The notes under the pieces are model-generated. The model was not told the DNA's origin. It made no database searches and was given only the letters and a program-made list of their open reading frames with translations. Shown in pieces: positions 1 to 8,638 of a DNA stretch of 64,000 nt. The position numbers and the translations under genes were made by a program. The stretch is from the sequence record DRR378314_578. The stretch is one strand, 5' to 3'. Numbering within the stretch: the first letter of the stretch is position 1; every line of letters starts with the position of its first letter.

Positions 1-106
1 GCCTAAATGTTTTTAGACGGCCTCTTTTTTTGTTGTCAACTCCCCTACACAGCTTTGATGCTTTATGCTACCCCAATACATGAATGGATCGAATAGCGTA
101 TTTTTT

Positions 107-1018
107 CTATTGATTCTTTTTTGTGTTGAACCAATAAGAGAGTCCCACAGACCAATAAAATACATTCTCCAAATCCTCTTCAAATGTACCCGTATCTGTT
201 GTGAGGGTTGCAGGAGTCTGGGGAAATGCCCAAGTAGGTGTAAACGATAAAATAAATTGGTCGAAATGGTATTCAAAGGGAAAACTCAGCTCCATATTCA
301 GTAGATTAAATTTAGAAGCTTCGGCAATTTGCACTGTTGAAACCTCGGTTCCGGAGTCTAAAGAACCTCCCGGACCACTACCCTGTCCATTACTCCCACT
401 CTTTCTATTGCCCAATCGGCTGGTAGTGAAATATTCTTCATAAAAGTATTGAGATCCAGCATAAACCGAAAATCGAGGGGCAAACAACAAATGATCGTTA
501 AATGCCCTAAAGGTATGATCGGCCATAAAACCAAAAAATATATCGGGTGAGCTATTCTTATTGAAATAGGAACTGCCATAAACTGATAGTTCCAGTAATC
601 TAAAATCGTAACTGATCAAACCCGTAATATCCGCGACCACCTCGGATTGTACATTATAACTCTCTTCATTGTAAAAATAAGCTGTTCCCGAAACACCTCC
701 GCTCCAATTATTGGAATCGAACAAATACCCTCCAGTTAAATAAAAAAGGTCCACACGTTGCTCATCGGAACTTGTTAAATACGATACAGTCGCATCAATG
801 AACAATCCCGACTTGTCATAATATCCAATGGAAGGTAATAGGTACGGGGCCGTTATGGAATCACGCCTACCCATAAATACCGCATCGTTCATATAACTAA
901 CATCCATCAAAACATAAGAATCTTCCCTATTTACCTTTTCCTTATTGGTCTTTTGGGCAAATGCACCTGCCATAATACCCAAACATAATAGTAAGCTTAA
1001 GCGTACATACCGTTTCAT
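107..1018 (-). CDS. Hypothetical secreted protein, probable outer-membrane beta-barrel
   Basis: 303 aa ORF with an N-terminal signal peptide (..AGAFA-Q). Alternating aromatic/hydrophobic beta-strand pattern, C-terminal strand YWSVGLSYWF, and one Gly/Ser-rich loop. Confidence 0.65.
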   Translation of the reverse strand: MKRYVRLSLLLCLGIMAGAFAQKTNKEKVNREDSYVLMDVSYMNDAVFMGRRDSITAPYLLPSIGYYDKSGLFIDATVSYLTSSDEQRVDLFYLTGGYLFDSNNWSGGVSGTAYFYNEESYNVQSEVVADITGLISYDFRLLELSVYGSSYFNKNSSPDIFFGFMADHTFRAFNDHLLFAPRFSVYAGSQYFYEEYFTTSRLGNRKSGSNGQGSGPGGSLDSGTEVSTVQIAEASKFNLLNMELSFPFEYHFDQFILSFTPTWAFPQTPATLTTDTGTFEEDLENVFYWSVGLSYWFNTKKNQ

Positions 1019-1042
1019 GATAAATCATTTACAGATGAATAT

Positions 1043-1073
1043 AAGGGCTTGACCAACCAGAGGTCAAGTCCTT
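1043..1073 (-). terminator. Stem-loop between the repeat protein and beta-barrel genes (weak terminator or mRNA stability element)
   Basis: aagggcttgacc-N7-ggtcaagtcctt, a 12-bp inverted repeat with one mismatch. No strong U-tract. Confidence 0.45.
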
Positions 1074-1085
1074 GATATAGTAACA

Positions 1086-1748
1086 TCACATGACTCCCTT
1101 TTTTTTCTTAAGGGCTGCCTTGTTCATGGATTTTTTGGACTTCATATTCATATTCTTGTTGACCATCATTTTACGATGCTTATACATGTTTGTGAACTTT
1201 TCACCATTCAAATTCAAACATTCGCCGTCTTGAAGCCTCAATTGCTGACGATTTTGATTCATGTAGGTACCGTCTGGATTAACCGTGGTTCCATTTGCAA
1301 GTTCAAGTCGCTGTTGCAATCTATTTTGTGACTGTGCTCTAATTTGATAGACATCTCCGTCAATAAGCATCAATTGGTATCTGTTTTGATTGCGTTGCTG
1401 AACCTGTGCATCGGTAAGTCCTTTGTCGGATTGCATCACTTTGTAACGATACTGATACTCATTACGGTACTTTATTCCATCACTATCCAAACATTCGCCA
1501 TCTCTTAACCTAAGTCTGTCTTGATCTCGGGTAAAATAGGTTCCATTTGGGTTAACAACCGTTCCATCGTTTAGTGTAATGGGATCTTGCAAACGAATTT
1601 GGTCGCGATCACGAATTTGAAGTACATCGCCGTCGACCAACATTAAACGGTCTTGATCGGAATCTTGGACTCTGTCCTTATCCCTGTCCTGTGCCATTAG
1701 TGCCATTGTTCCAAAAACAACAAACACCAACATTAAAATCTTTTTCAT
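1086..1748 (-). CDS. Secreted protein with two tandem DUF6799-like domains and QDRD-rich motifs
   Basis: Likely start MKKILML at 1748 with a signal peptide. Two ~57-aa internal repeats LMLxDGDV..DGTxVNPxGTY..LRLxDGECL, and a Lys/Met-rich tail. Confidence 0.7.
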   Translation of the reverse strand: MKKILMLVFVVFGTMALMAQDRDKDRVQDSDQDRLMLVDGDVLQIRDRDQIRLQDPITLNDGTVVNPNGTYFTRDQDRLRLRDGECLDSDGIKYRNEYQYRYKVMQSDKGLTDAQVQQRNQNRYQLMLIDGDVYQIRAQSQNRLQQRLELANGTTVNPDGTYMNQNRQQLRLQDGECLNLNGEKFTNMYKHRKMMVNKNMNMKSKKSMNKAALKKKKGVM

Positions 1749-1895
1749 GGTACTCGTTTTTATAAAATTAATTGGAACTAAAGTACCACCACCATTGCGC
1801 AGACACAATGACCTGCGTCATCAAGACTCTGAAAACCAATTATTTAAAGTCATTTTTAAGTAACTTATGTTACATGGTGCCAAGAAGAATTTCTT

Positions 1896-4451
1896 TTACC
1901 CTTGATTTACAAATCGATACAGGTCGTCCGAAGCCTGCAACAGTTTTCCTTTGAGCGAAGGTTGGAGCTCTGGATGCTCTTTCAGGTAATTTTCCACTAT
2001 TTGATACGCCTCCAGTGATTGGTATTGTCCCACGGTGGCAGTGAGCCATCGTTTGGGGAAGAAAATATCCCCTGTTTTTTGGATTTCTTCCAGTAGATCT
2101 AGGGCCAAAGGCAAGTGCTTGATTGCAATTTGTTGACGTAAAGGATGATGTATATAGGAACAAGCAGTAACCACCCATGCCTCTTTTTCCCGGTTTTTGG
2201 GGTCTTTTAATGATTCAAAAAAGGTATCCCTCACAGTACCATCAGAAGATAGCGCTGGCAACAAATATTCAAAACGCTTTACCTTATCAGGATTCTTCAG
2301 TGCTGCTTTCGCCTTTTCCAAAATGGTTTCGGCCTGATCATGTTGATAAAGAGCAAGGGACATGGCCATATTGGTGTAATCATCCTGGTTTAGCCTTAAA
2401 TCGGGAATCTCGATAGCTTTCTTCCAAATACGGTACAGTCTTTCCTTCCCTTTTTCCGAATAGGCCAAGTCCTTCCAGAGTCCGAATAGGTTTTTTTTGA
2501 TATTTGGTCCATAGTCCCGTTTTATCAATTCCTTCCAAAGCAGGTCTTCCATAAAAGATTGCTTCCCCTCGCGTTGTTCTTCACTCAAAAAATTCCAAAA
2601 TATAGCGCTTGCTTGATCGCACACCATTCCATGGACCAACTCATTTTCTTCATTCAGGACGCCCTCACGGAATAAATCGAAAGCCTGCAGAGGTGAAATG
2701 TTGCCGGATAGCGCATTTTCGTAAGTATTTACATAGGCATAGCCACGGGCAACTTCATCCTTTATTTGTGGGATAACGAGCAAATCCGAAACATTCAAGG
2801 GAAACACACCATATCCGAAGGCATTGGAATTATATATAATGGAAATCGGTGCAGGCAATCCAACGGCCAACTGTACATCTACACTACTTCCTGCAATATG
2901 CACCGGAAGGGTTCTAATGCTATCCGGGTAGACCAAAGTCACCTCAAAAGACTGTGGCCATAGTTTGTCACTACCATCTTCGGCATGTTGGGAAATGGTA
3001 AAACTTGTTATTTTTCCATTTTCATAGCTGATTTCATCCGTTAAAACGGGCCTACCCGATTGGTTGACCCATACCTCACTCCATTTTTTCAAGTCCTTTG
3101 TAGACTTTTCATCCAAAATGTTCACCAGGTCGTTCCAAGTGGCATTGCCATAAGCATAGGTAGAAATATATTCGCGTATGCCCTCCCTAAAGGCCTTCTC
3201 CCCTATCGCAGCTTCCAATTGGCGCATCATTATGGGTGCCTTGTTGTAAATAATCCCACCGTAAAGACTACCCGCATTTTTTAGATTATCCAATCTTTGA
3301 CGGATAGGATTGGTTCCTCGGGTCCTATCCTCTCCGTAAGCGCCCCGGTAATGGGAAATCATAAATTGTAAGTTGTGATTGATGTCCGGAAAGGCGGGAT
3401 TGATAATCTTATCGGCCATAAAATTGGCAAACACTTCTTTCATCCAAACATCGTTGAACCAGTCCATGGTAACCATATCCCCAAACCACATATGGGAAGC
3501 TTCATGGGCAATTAGTTTAGCACTGCCCATCCGTTGCCGTTCCGTAGCGCTTTCATCCAAAAAAATAGAGGATTGCCGGTATTGAATGGCCCCAACATGT
3601 TCCATCCCTCCGTATTGAAATCCGGGAATAGCAGCAAAATCCAATTTCTGAAAAGGAAACTCATAACGGGTATAATCCTTTAAAAAATCTATAGAACGCT
3701 GATGTATATCAAAAATAATCGGGAGACTGTAATCAATCTTTGCCGAATCTGTTTCGCGATACAGCAAGGTCATATCGAACAAACCCGGGTTTTCGGTAAC
3801 GGATTCAAATTTTCCAGCGACCATAGAAAACAAATAGGTGCTCATGGGGTCACTCTCATCAAAGCTATAGTGGACCTTATCTCCTTTCTCGCCACTTTCC
3901 ACCAAAGGTGCGCCAGATAATACTTTCCATCCGCTGGGAGCAGTAACATCTAAAATATACCGTGCTTTGATGTTGGGTTGATCAAAACAAGGAAACAAGG
4001 TACTGGCCCTGTCCGGCACCAAAAGGGTATATAAAAAGTCATCATTTCGGTTTAAGGACAGTTCCCCTGCATCAAAACTTATTTCAATGGTATTGGGGCC
4101 TTCTTTCAGGTTGTCCGTGACAATAATATGTTCCTTGCTATGGTTAATTTCTTGGGTTTCCCCATTTACCTGAACGGTTTTTAGCAAAGAAGCGTTGGCA
4201 TTAAAATCGAGGTAGAGCGGCTGTGAAAGATCATGGACATCCAAATTCAGTTTTAATCGAGAAGGTATTGGCTCCTCCTTTTCCGAGGGAATATCAAAAG
4301 ATAAGGTATACACTACATTGGACACCTGATTGACTCGGTATTGGGCCATTTTCAAGGGAATGCCCTCTGCCAACAAATCTACTTTAGGACTGGAATCACA
4401 TGCGGCAACAAGGATTACCGAAACAAGGAAGAACACGATATTGTTTTTCAT
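1896..4451 (-). CDS. M1 family zinc aminopeptidase, lipoprotein
   Basis: GGMEH (GAMEN variant), HEASH-x18-E zinc motif and IIYNKA. Lipobox LVAA-C after the start MKNNIVFF at 4451. Confidence 0.92.
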   Translation of the reverse strand: MKNNIVFFLVSVILVAACDSSPKVDLLAEGIPLKMAQYRVNQVSNVVYTLSFDIPSEKEEPIPSRLKLNLDVHDLSQPLYLDFNANASLLKTVQVNGETQEINHSKEHIIVTDNLKEGPNTIEISFDAGELSLNRNDDFLYTLLVPDRASTLFPCFDQPNIKARYILDVTAPSGWKVLSGAPLVESGEKGDKVHYSFDESDPMSTYLFSMVAGKFESVTENPGLFDMTLLYRETDSAKIDYSLPIIFDIHQRSIDFLKDYTRYEFPFQKLDFAAIPGFQYGGMEHVGAIQYRQSSIFLDESATERQRMGSAKLIAHEASHMWFGDMVTMDWFNDVWMKEVFANFMADKIINPAFPDINHNLQFMISHYRGAYGEDRTRGTNPIRQRLDNLKNAGSLYGGIIYNKAPIMMRQLEAAIGEKAFREGIREYISTYAYGNATWNDLVNILDEKSTKDLKKWSEVWVNQSGRPVLTDEISYENGKITSFTISQHAEDGSDKLWPQSFEVTLVYPDSIRTLPVHIAGSSVDVQLAVGLPAPISIIYNSNAFGYGVFPLNVSDLLVIPQIKDEVARGYAYVNTYENALSGNISPLQAFDLFREGVLNEENELVHGMVCDQASAIFWNFLSEEQREGKQSFMEDLLWKELIKRDYGPNIKKNLFGLWKDLAYSEKGKERLYRIWKKAIEIPDLRLNQDDYTNMAMSLALYQHDQAETILEKAKAALKNPDKVKRFEYLLPALSSDGTVRDTFFESLKDPKNREKEAWVVTACSYIHHPLRQQIAIKHLPLALDLLEEIQKTGDIFFPKRWLTATVGQYQSLEAYQIVENYLKEHPELQPSLKGKLLQASDDLYRFVNQG

Positions 4452-4533
4452 AACAGCAGGGTTGGGTTTGCTACTTAAAAGGCACCTATTTTTCCGCATC
4501 CCAATCTTTGAAAGCTTATGCAGGGGGCGGTAT

Positions 4534-5298
4534 CTAGCCCCTTACCACATAATTAATTTTTTCCACACCGGTATTACCTGTTTTAGCGTTAAAAGCATAC
4601 ACCGTAATTTGATAATATCCGCCCTCCGTTATTTTTAAACTGCCCTTAAAGGTGTTTTGAGAAGGATTTTTGAGCGTGATTTCCCCAAATGACTCGCCAT
4701 CTTTATGGATAATGGCTTTTACTTCCATAAGGTTGGAATCCCAAATACCGCCTTTTTCAATGGGGCAACCGCACATCATCACAATATTGGCTTCTATATC
4801 CAGTCCAGTATCCGGGATGGATTCCAATGCAATATATTGATGGGTATTGGGCTTTAAGATATCGATCACAAAACCGGGAATCTCGATGACAATGCCATCG
4901 CCCATGATATGTTTTGCGGGAATAAGCCACAATTCGGTGCTGGCGTGCACCTGTGCATTTTTTCTGTTAATAGGGGACAATACTTCCACTCGGACAAAAG
5001 TAGGTACGTCAATATCTACAACTGCCAAAAATCCAGCAGTTTTATCATCGGAGAGTTGAGTATACCGTTCATGGGCACTTTTCATTATAATATTGGTATT
5101 GCCCGTACTTCCGACTGTATTTCCTTCTGCCAAAATTTCACCGTTCAATGTATTGCGAACAATAACATGGGCTCCGCCTATGGAACTTCCCACAAACTTG
5201 GCATCTTTGGCCTTTGCCCTGACCATGAGCTTGGTCTCGGTGGCAAATGCGTTCATACAAATAGATAGTAAAGCTAGGAGGAGGATTGATTTTTTCAT
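4534..5298 (-). CDS. Hypothetical secreted protein with MMCGCP motif
   Basis: 254 aa ORF with a signal peptide (..NAFA-T) and a beta-rich body. No family recognised. Confidence 0.7.
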   Translation of the reverse strand: MKKSILLLALLSICMNAFATETKLMVRAKAKDAKFVGSSIGGAHVIVRNTLNGEILAEGNTVGSTGNTNIIMKSAHERYTQLSDDKTAGFLAVVDIDVPTFVRVEVLSPINRKNAQVHASTELWLIPAKHIMGDGIVIEIPGFVIDILKPNTHQYIALESIPDTGLDIEANIVMMCGCPIEKGGIWDSNLMEVKAIIHKDGESFGEITLKNPSQNTFKGSLKITEGGYYQITVYAFNAKTGNTGVEKINYVVRG

Positions 5299-5353
5299 TT
5301 CAGATTTATTTCAATCCTAAAGTTACTAATTTTTAGGCCTTTCTACAGCCGAT

Positions 5354-5599
5354 TCATGGGGATATTCCTTTGGAACGTAAACGCTCGATTTCCGCATGGG
5401 CAGCTTCAATCAACTTTGTATAATAATTGGAGTCCTTTTTGGGACAGGAATGTTCCAATTGAAATCGGGAACTTTCGATAAGTCTTTGACAGTAGGAAAT
5501 CTGTTCTTGTAACGGACATTTACATATGTCTTGTCCATAAAGCTGGTCCAATTGGTGCAAGGAAGGTTTTTTGGGGCTATTTTTAAAAAGCTTAAACAT
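5354..5599 (-). CDS. Small hypothetical Cys-containing protein (~81 aa)
   Basis: ORF fills the gap downstream of the response regulator on the same strand. Probable ATG at 5599 (MFKLFK). CKCP motif. Confidence 0.5.
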   Translation of the reverse strand: MFKLFKNSPKKPSLHQLDQLYGQDICKCPLQEQISYCQRLIESSRFQLEHSCPKKDSNYYTKLIEAAHAEIERLRSKGISP

Positions 5600-5655
5600 A
5601 AAACGGCAAACAGATTTTTCAAAAATAGCTTCAAAAACCAAGCCAAAAAACTTAT

Positions 5656-6357
5656 CTATTCTCCTTCAACCCGAAGCATAAAGCCGCGACGACTTACATT
5701 AACAATACTCAGCTTGGGGTCCTTGGACAGGTGTTTCCTCAAATGCGAGATAAAGACATTCAAACTTTTTTTATTGAAATAATCGTTCTTATCCCAAACG
5801 GTGGTCAATATTTCCTTGTGCGTGCAAAGTTGGTTCTTGTTTTTGGCCAAGAGCGCTAAAAGATCGAACTCCTTGCCTGTCAGTTTTATCGGTTTTCCTT
5901 GATAGCTGAGCTCAAAATTGTCCATATTGAGTTTGTAATCACCTATTTCATATTGGGACACCTGTACTTCTTGTTCTCCATCGGTCACCAGTCTGGACAA
6001 TAAGGCATTTATACGGACCACCAACTCTTCCTCGTCTATAGGTTTTTTGAGGTAATCGACCGCTCCCAGGGAAAACCCTTTCAATACATCTATTTTGAGC
6101 GAACGTGCCGTTAAAAAAATAAAGGGCAGCTCTGGGTTGATGCTTTTTATTTTTTGGGAAAGTTCAAAACCATCCATATCCGGAAGCATAACATCCAAAA
6201 TGGCCAGATCGAACACGTTCGTCTTTGTTCTCTGTAAACCTTCTGAAGCATCCTTGGCCCATGTAACGGCAAAACCCTTCATTCCCAAATATTCCGAGAG
6301 CAAATACCCGAGGGAGTTATCATCCTCTACCAGTAGCAAGTTATACTTTTTATCCAT
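5656..6357 (-). CDS. OmpR/PhoB-family response regulator
   Basis: Receiver domain (LLVEDD, ILDVMLP, FLTA, YLKKP) plus a winged-helix domain (LTGKEFDLL, VFISHLRK, RGF). Start at 6357 overlaps the kinase stop. Confidence 0.93.
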   Translation of the reverse strand: MDKKYNLLLVEDDNSLGYLLSEYLGMKGFAVTWAKDASEGLQRTKTNVFDLAILDVMLPDMDGFELSQKIKSINPELPFIFLTARSLKIDVLKGFSLGAVDYLKKPIDEEELVVRINALLSRLVTDGEQEVQVSQYEIGDYKLNMDNFELSYQGKPIKLTGKEFDLLALLAKNKNQLCTHKEILTTVWDKNDYFNKKSLNVFISHLRKHLSKDPKLSIVNVSRRGFMLRVEGE

Positions 6358-7624
6358 TTTTAATGAGTTTAAGGGAAATGGTAAAGGTGGTTCCTTCTCC
6401 CAATTTGCTATCCACCGAAATTTTTCCCCGATGCATTTTAATAATTTTTTGTACATAGTACAATCCAAGTCCATACCCTTTTACCTTATGGACATTTCCG
6501 TTCTTGATCCTAAAATACTTTCTGAATATTTTTTTGATGTCCTCTTGGGCAATACCTTGGCCATTGTCTGAAATTTTTATGTACAACCATCCTTTTTGGG
6601 TGATGGCACTCAGTTTAACTTTAGGCTGGTCCGAATACTTTCTGGCATTCTCCAAAAGATTGCCCACCACATTCTCCAAATGAAACTTTTCTGCCCGAAT
6701 GTAATAGGGCCCCTCCCCTAGTTCATAATCAAACTCAATAGCATCATGCTGGGCGAGCAGGGAAAATCCTTCACAAATACGACCTAAATCGGGTTTAAAG
6801 TCAATTACCGTGAACTGCAGCAGTTTTTTGCCAGACTCCATACCGGCCAGCTCCAAAACTTTATCAATATGCCTTTTTAATCTGTCCGATTCTGAACGGA
6901 TGAGCTCCACCACGGCTTTTTTGTTATCTGATACATCCTCCTCCAAAATCTTGGTGGCCAAGCCAATGGAAAAGACGGGGGTCTTAAGTTCGTGGGTAAG
7001 GTTGTTGATGAAATCGTTCGTGGTGGTATTGATGCTTCGCTGCAAATAAAATGAGCGCAACACCCAGATTACAACGATAACGATCATAAAAAGAAATAGC
7101 AGCCCCGGAATTATCAAACCTCGAATTTGGCCCAAGAAATACTTGTTCAAATCTTCAAATCCGATTTCCAGAACAATTTCCTTTTCCAACAGCTCTGGCA
7201 AATATCCTTTGATTTGGATGGGGTAGGTCAAATTATTGTTGGCCTTAAGATGCGGTCGAACCGAACTCATATAGCTTATGGAGTCACGGGAATATAAACT
7301 ATAGGAAAATGGGGCATCGATTCCCGAAACGTTCAATTGATAAGAGATATAATCATTCAGATAATATTGGGATGCTTTTTCCAAACTGTCCAACCCAATG
7401 TTGACCTCTGTGGTATCTTTTCTAATGGCATTTCCAAGGGTATAGGTGAGTGAGTTTACTTCGGACAGCTCGCTGTTGATGTTTTCCCGCGCCTTATCGA
7501 TTTTATCCGAGAATTGGGCTTTTGCCAAGCCCAAACCTACCCTCAAATATTGGTACTGCACCACCAAAAGGCCAATTACGGCAATTACAAAAACAGATAC
7601 ATACAGATTTCTCTTGGTCAGCAT
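6350..7624 (-). CDS. Sensor histidine kinase (HisKA + HATPase_c, two TM helices)
   Basis: H-box THELKTP, N-box NLLENARKY, G1 DNGQG and G2 GYGLGL. Confidence 0.93.
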   Translation of the reverse strand: MLTKRNLYVSVFVIAVIGLLVVQYQYLRVGLGLAKAQFSDKIDKARENINSELSEVNSLTYTLGNAIRKDTTEVNIGLDSLEKASQYYLNDYISYQLNVSGIDAPFSYSLYSRDSISYMSSVRPHLKANNNLTYPIQIKGYLPELLEKEIVLEIGFEDLNKYFLGQIRGLIIPGLLFLFMIVIVVIWVLRSFYLQRSINTTTNDFINNLTHELKTPVFSIGLATKILEEDVSDNKKAVVELIRSESDRLKRHIDKVLELAGMESGKKLLQFTVIDFKPDLGRICEGFSLLAQHDAIEFDYELGEGPYYIRAEKFHLENVVGNLLENARKYSDQPKVKLSAITQKGWLYIKISDNGQGIAQEDIKKIFRKYFRIKNGNVHKVKGYGLGLYYVQKIIKMHRGKISVDSKLGEGTTFTISLKLIKNG

Positions 7625-7666
7625 ACCGCTAAATAAACAAAAAATCGCCAGCTATTTACCCAATGG

Positions 7667-7712
7667 TTAACCCTATTAATCTTTCATTAACCTTTTTGAT
7701 CTTTTGTTAACC
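7667..7712 (+). promoter_or_regulatory. Tandem TT(A/G)A(C/T)C direct repeats, candidate OmpR-type binding array
   Basis: ttaacc 7667, ttaatc 7676, ttaacc 7687, ttgatc 7696, ttaacc 7707. Spacing alternates 9/11 bp (20-bp period), directly upstream of the kinase gene. Confidence 0.5.
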
Positions 7713-7745
7713 GCTTTGCACTGGGTGAAGGCTTATCTTAGTACT

Positions 7746-7810
7746 CGAGTTTAGTTAACAACATTAGTAGTGAATCTTACAGACCGGTTTCTTGGAGGCC
7801 GGTTTTTTTA
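7746..7810 (+). ncRNA. Candidate small RNA (~60-65 nt)
   Basis: TATCTTAG (-7-like) at 7734-7741, then a short ORF-free U/G-rich stretch, then an orphan + strand terminator. No + strand gene lies upstream. Confidence 0.45.
7781..7809 (+). terminator. Rho-independent terminator (orphan)
   Basis: agaccggtttc-ttg-gaggccggttt followed by a T-run. The stem needs G-U pairs, so it works best on the + strand. Confidence 0.7.
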
Positions 7811-7869
7811 TTTTAGGACAAGATCTTGTTATTTGACTTCTGTCATACCAATTGAGCAAACATATCCTT

Positions 7870-7877
7870 TATCTTTG
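7870..7877 (+). promoter_or_regulatory. Bacteroidota sigma70 -7 element for the phosphatase gene
   Basis: TATCTTTG matches TAnnTTTG, 17 nt upstream of the ATG at 7895. Confidence 0.6.
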
Positions 7878-7894
7878 CAATCCAAATTTTATGC

Positions 7895-8638
7895 ATGTTC
7901 AGTTTTTTTCAAAAGCAAGAATTCTTAGTGGATTATTTACATGGGTTGGTGGATATCCACAACCATATACTTCCCGGTATTGATGACGGTGCAAAAACGG
8001 TTGATGATTCAGTGGATTTATTAAGGGGTTTTTCAGCCTTTGGGGTGACCAACTTTATCTGCACGCCACATATCATGCACAACCATTATGACAATACGCC
8101 CAAAACCATAAAAAAGGCCTTTGATGAGCTATCGGGGGTATTGGATAAAAAAAGCATGACGGATATAAAACTAGACTGTTCGGCGGAACATATGATCGAT
8201 GACAACTTTGAAGCCATTTTGGAGAAAAAGCAGGTTATGCCGTTAAAGGAGCAGTATTTGTTAGTGGAAATGTCCTACCTGCAACCCTCTTTCAATTTTG
8301 ATCTTGCCGTGGAAGAAATAGCGAAGCACAAGTATTTTCCCATCTTGGCACATCCGGAGCGTTATATGTACTATCATGGAAAATATGGCAAGTATCCTTC
8401 GATGAAATCCAATGGTATTATGTTCCAACTGAACTTACTCTCGCTTAGCTCCGAATCCTATGGTTCAGATGTGCAAAAGGTCGCTGAAAAATTATTAAAA
8501 GACGGCTTAATAGATTTTGTGGGAACAGATGTTCACAACATCAGGCAACTTGGTTTATTAAAAGAAACCAAGGTTTCCAAAAAGGTCTTGAACAACGTAC
8601 TACCTGTTATAGAAAATACGATTCAAACTTTTTATTGA
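7895..8638 (+). CDS. PHP-family protein-tyrosine phosphatase (CpsB/CapC/YwqE type)
   Basis: DIHNHILPGIDDG, CTPH, LAHPERY and GTDVH motifs. Adjacent to a BY-kinase. Confidence 0.92.
   Translation: MFSFFQKQEFLVDYLHGLVDIHNHILPGIDDGAKTVDDSVDLLRGFSAFGVTNFICTPHIMHNHYDNTPKTIKKAFDELSGVLDKKSMTDIKLDCSAEHMIDDNFEAILEKKQVMPLKEQYLLVEMSYLQPSFNFDLAVEEIAKHKYFPILAHPERYMYYHGKYGKYPSMKSNGIMFQLNLLSLSSESYGSDVQKVAEKLLKDGLIDFVGTDVHNIRQLGLLKETKVSKKVLNNVLPVIENTIQTFY

Noticed and set aside
1-32. Partial hairpin and T-run at the window start
   Set aside because: Probably the 3' half of a terminator of an upstream + strand gene, but the left arm is cut off by the window edge.
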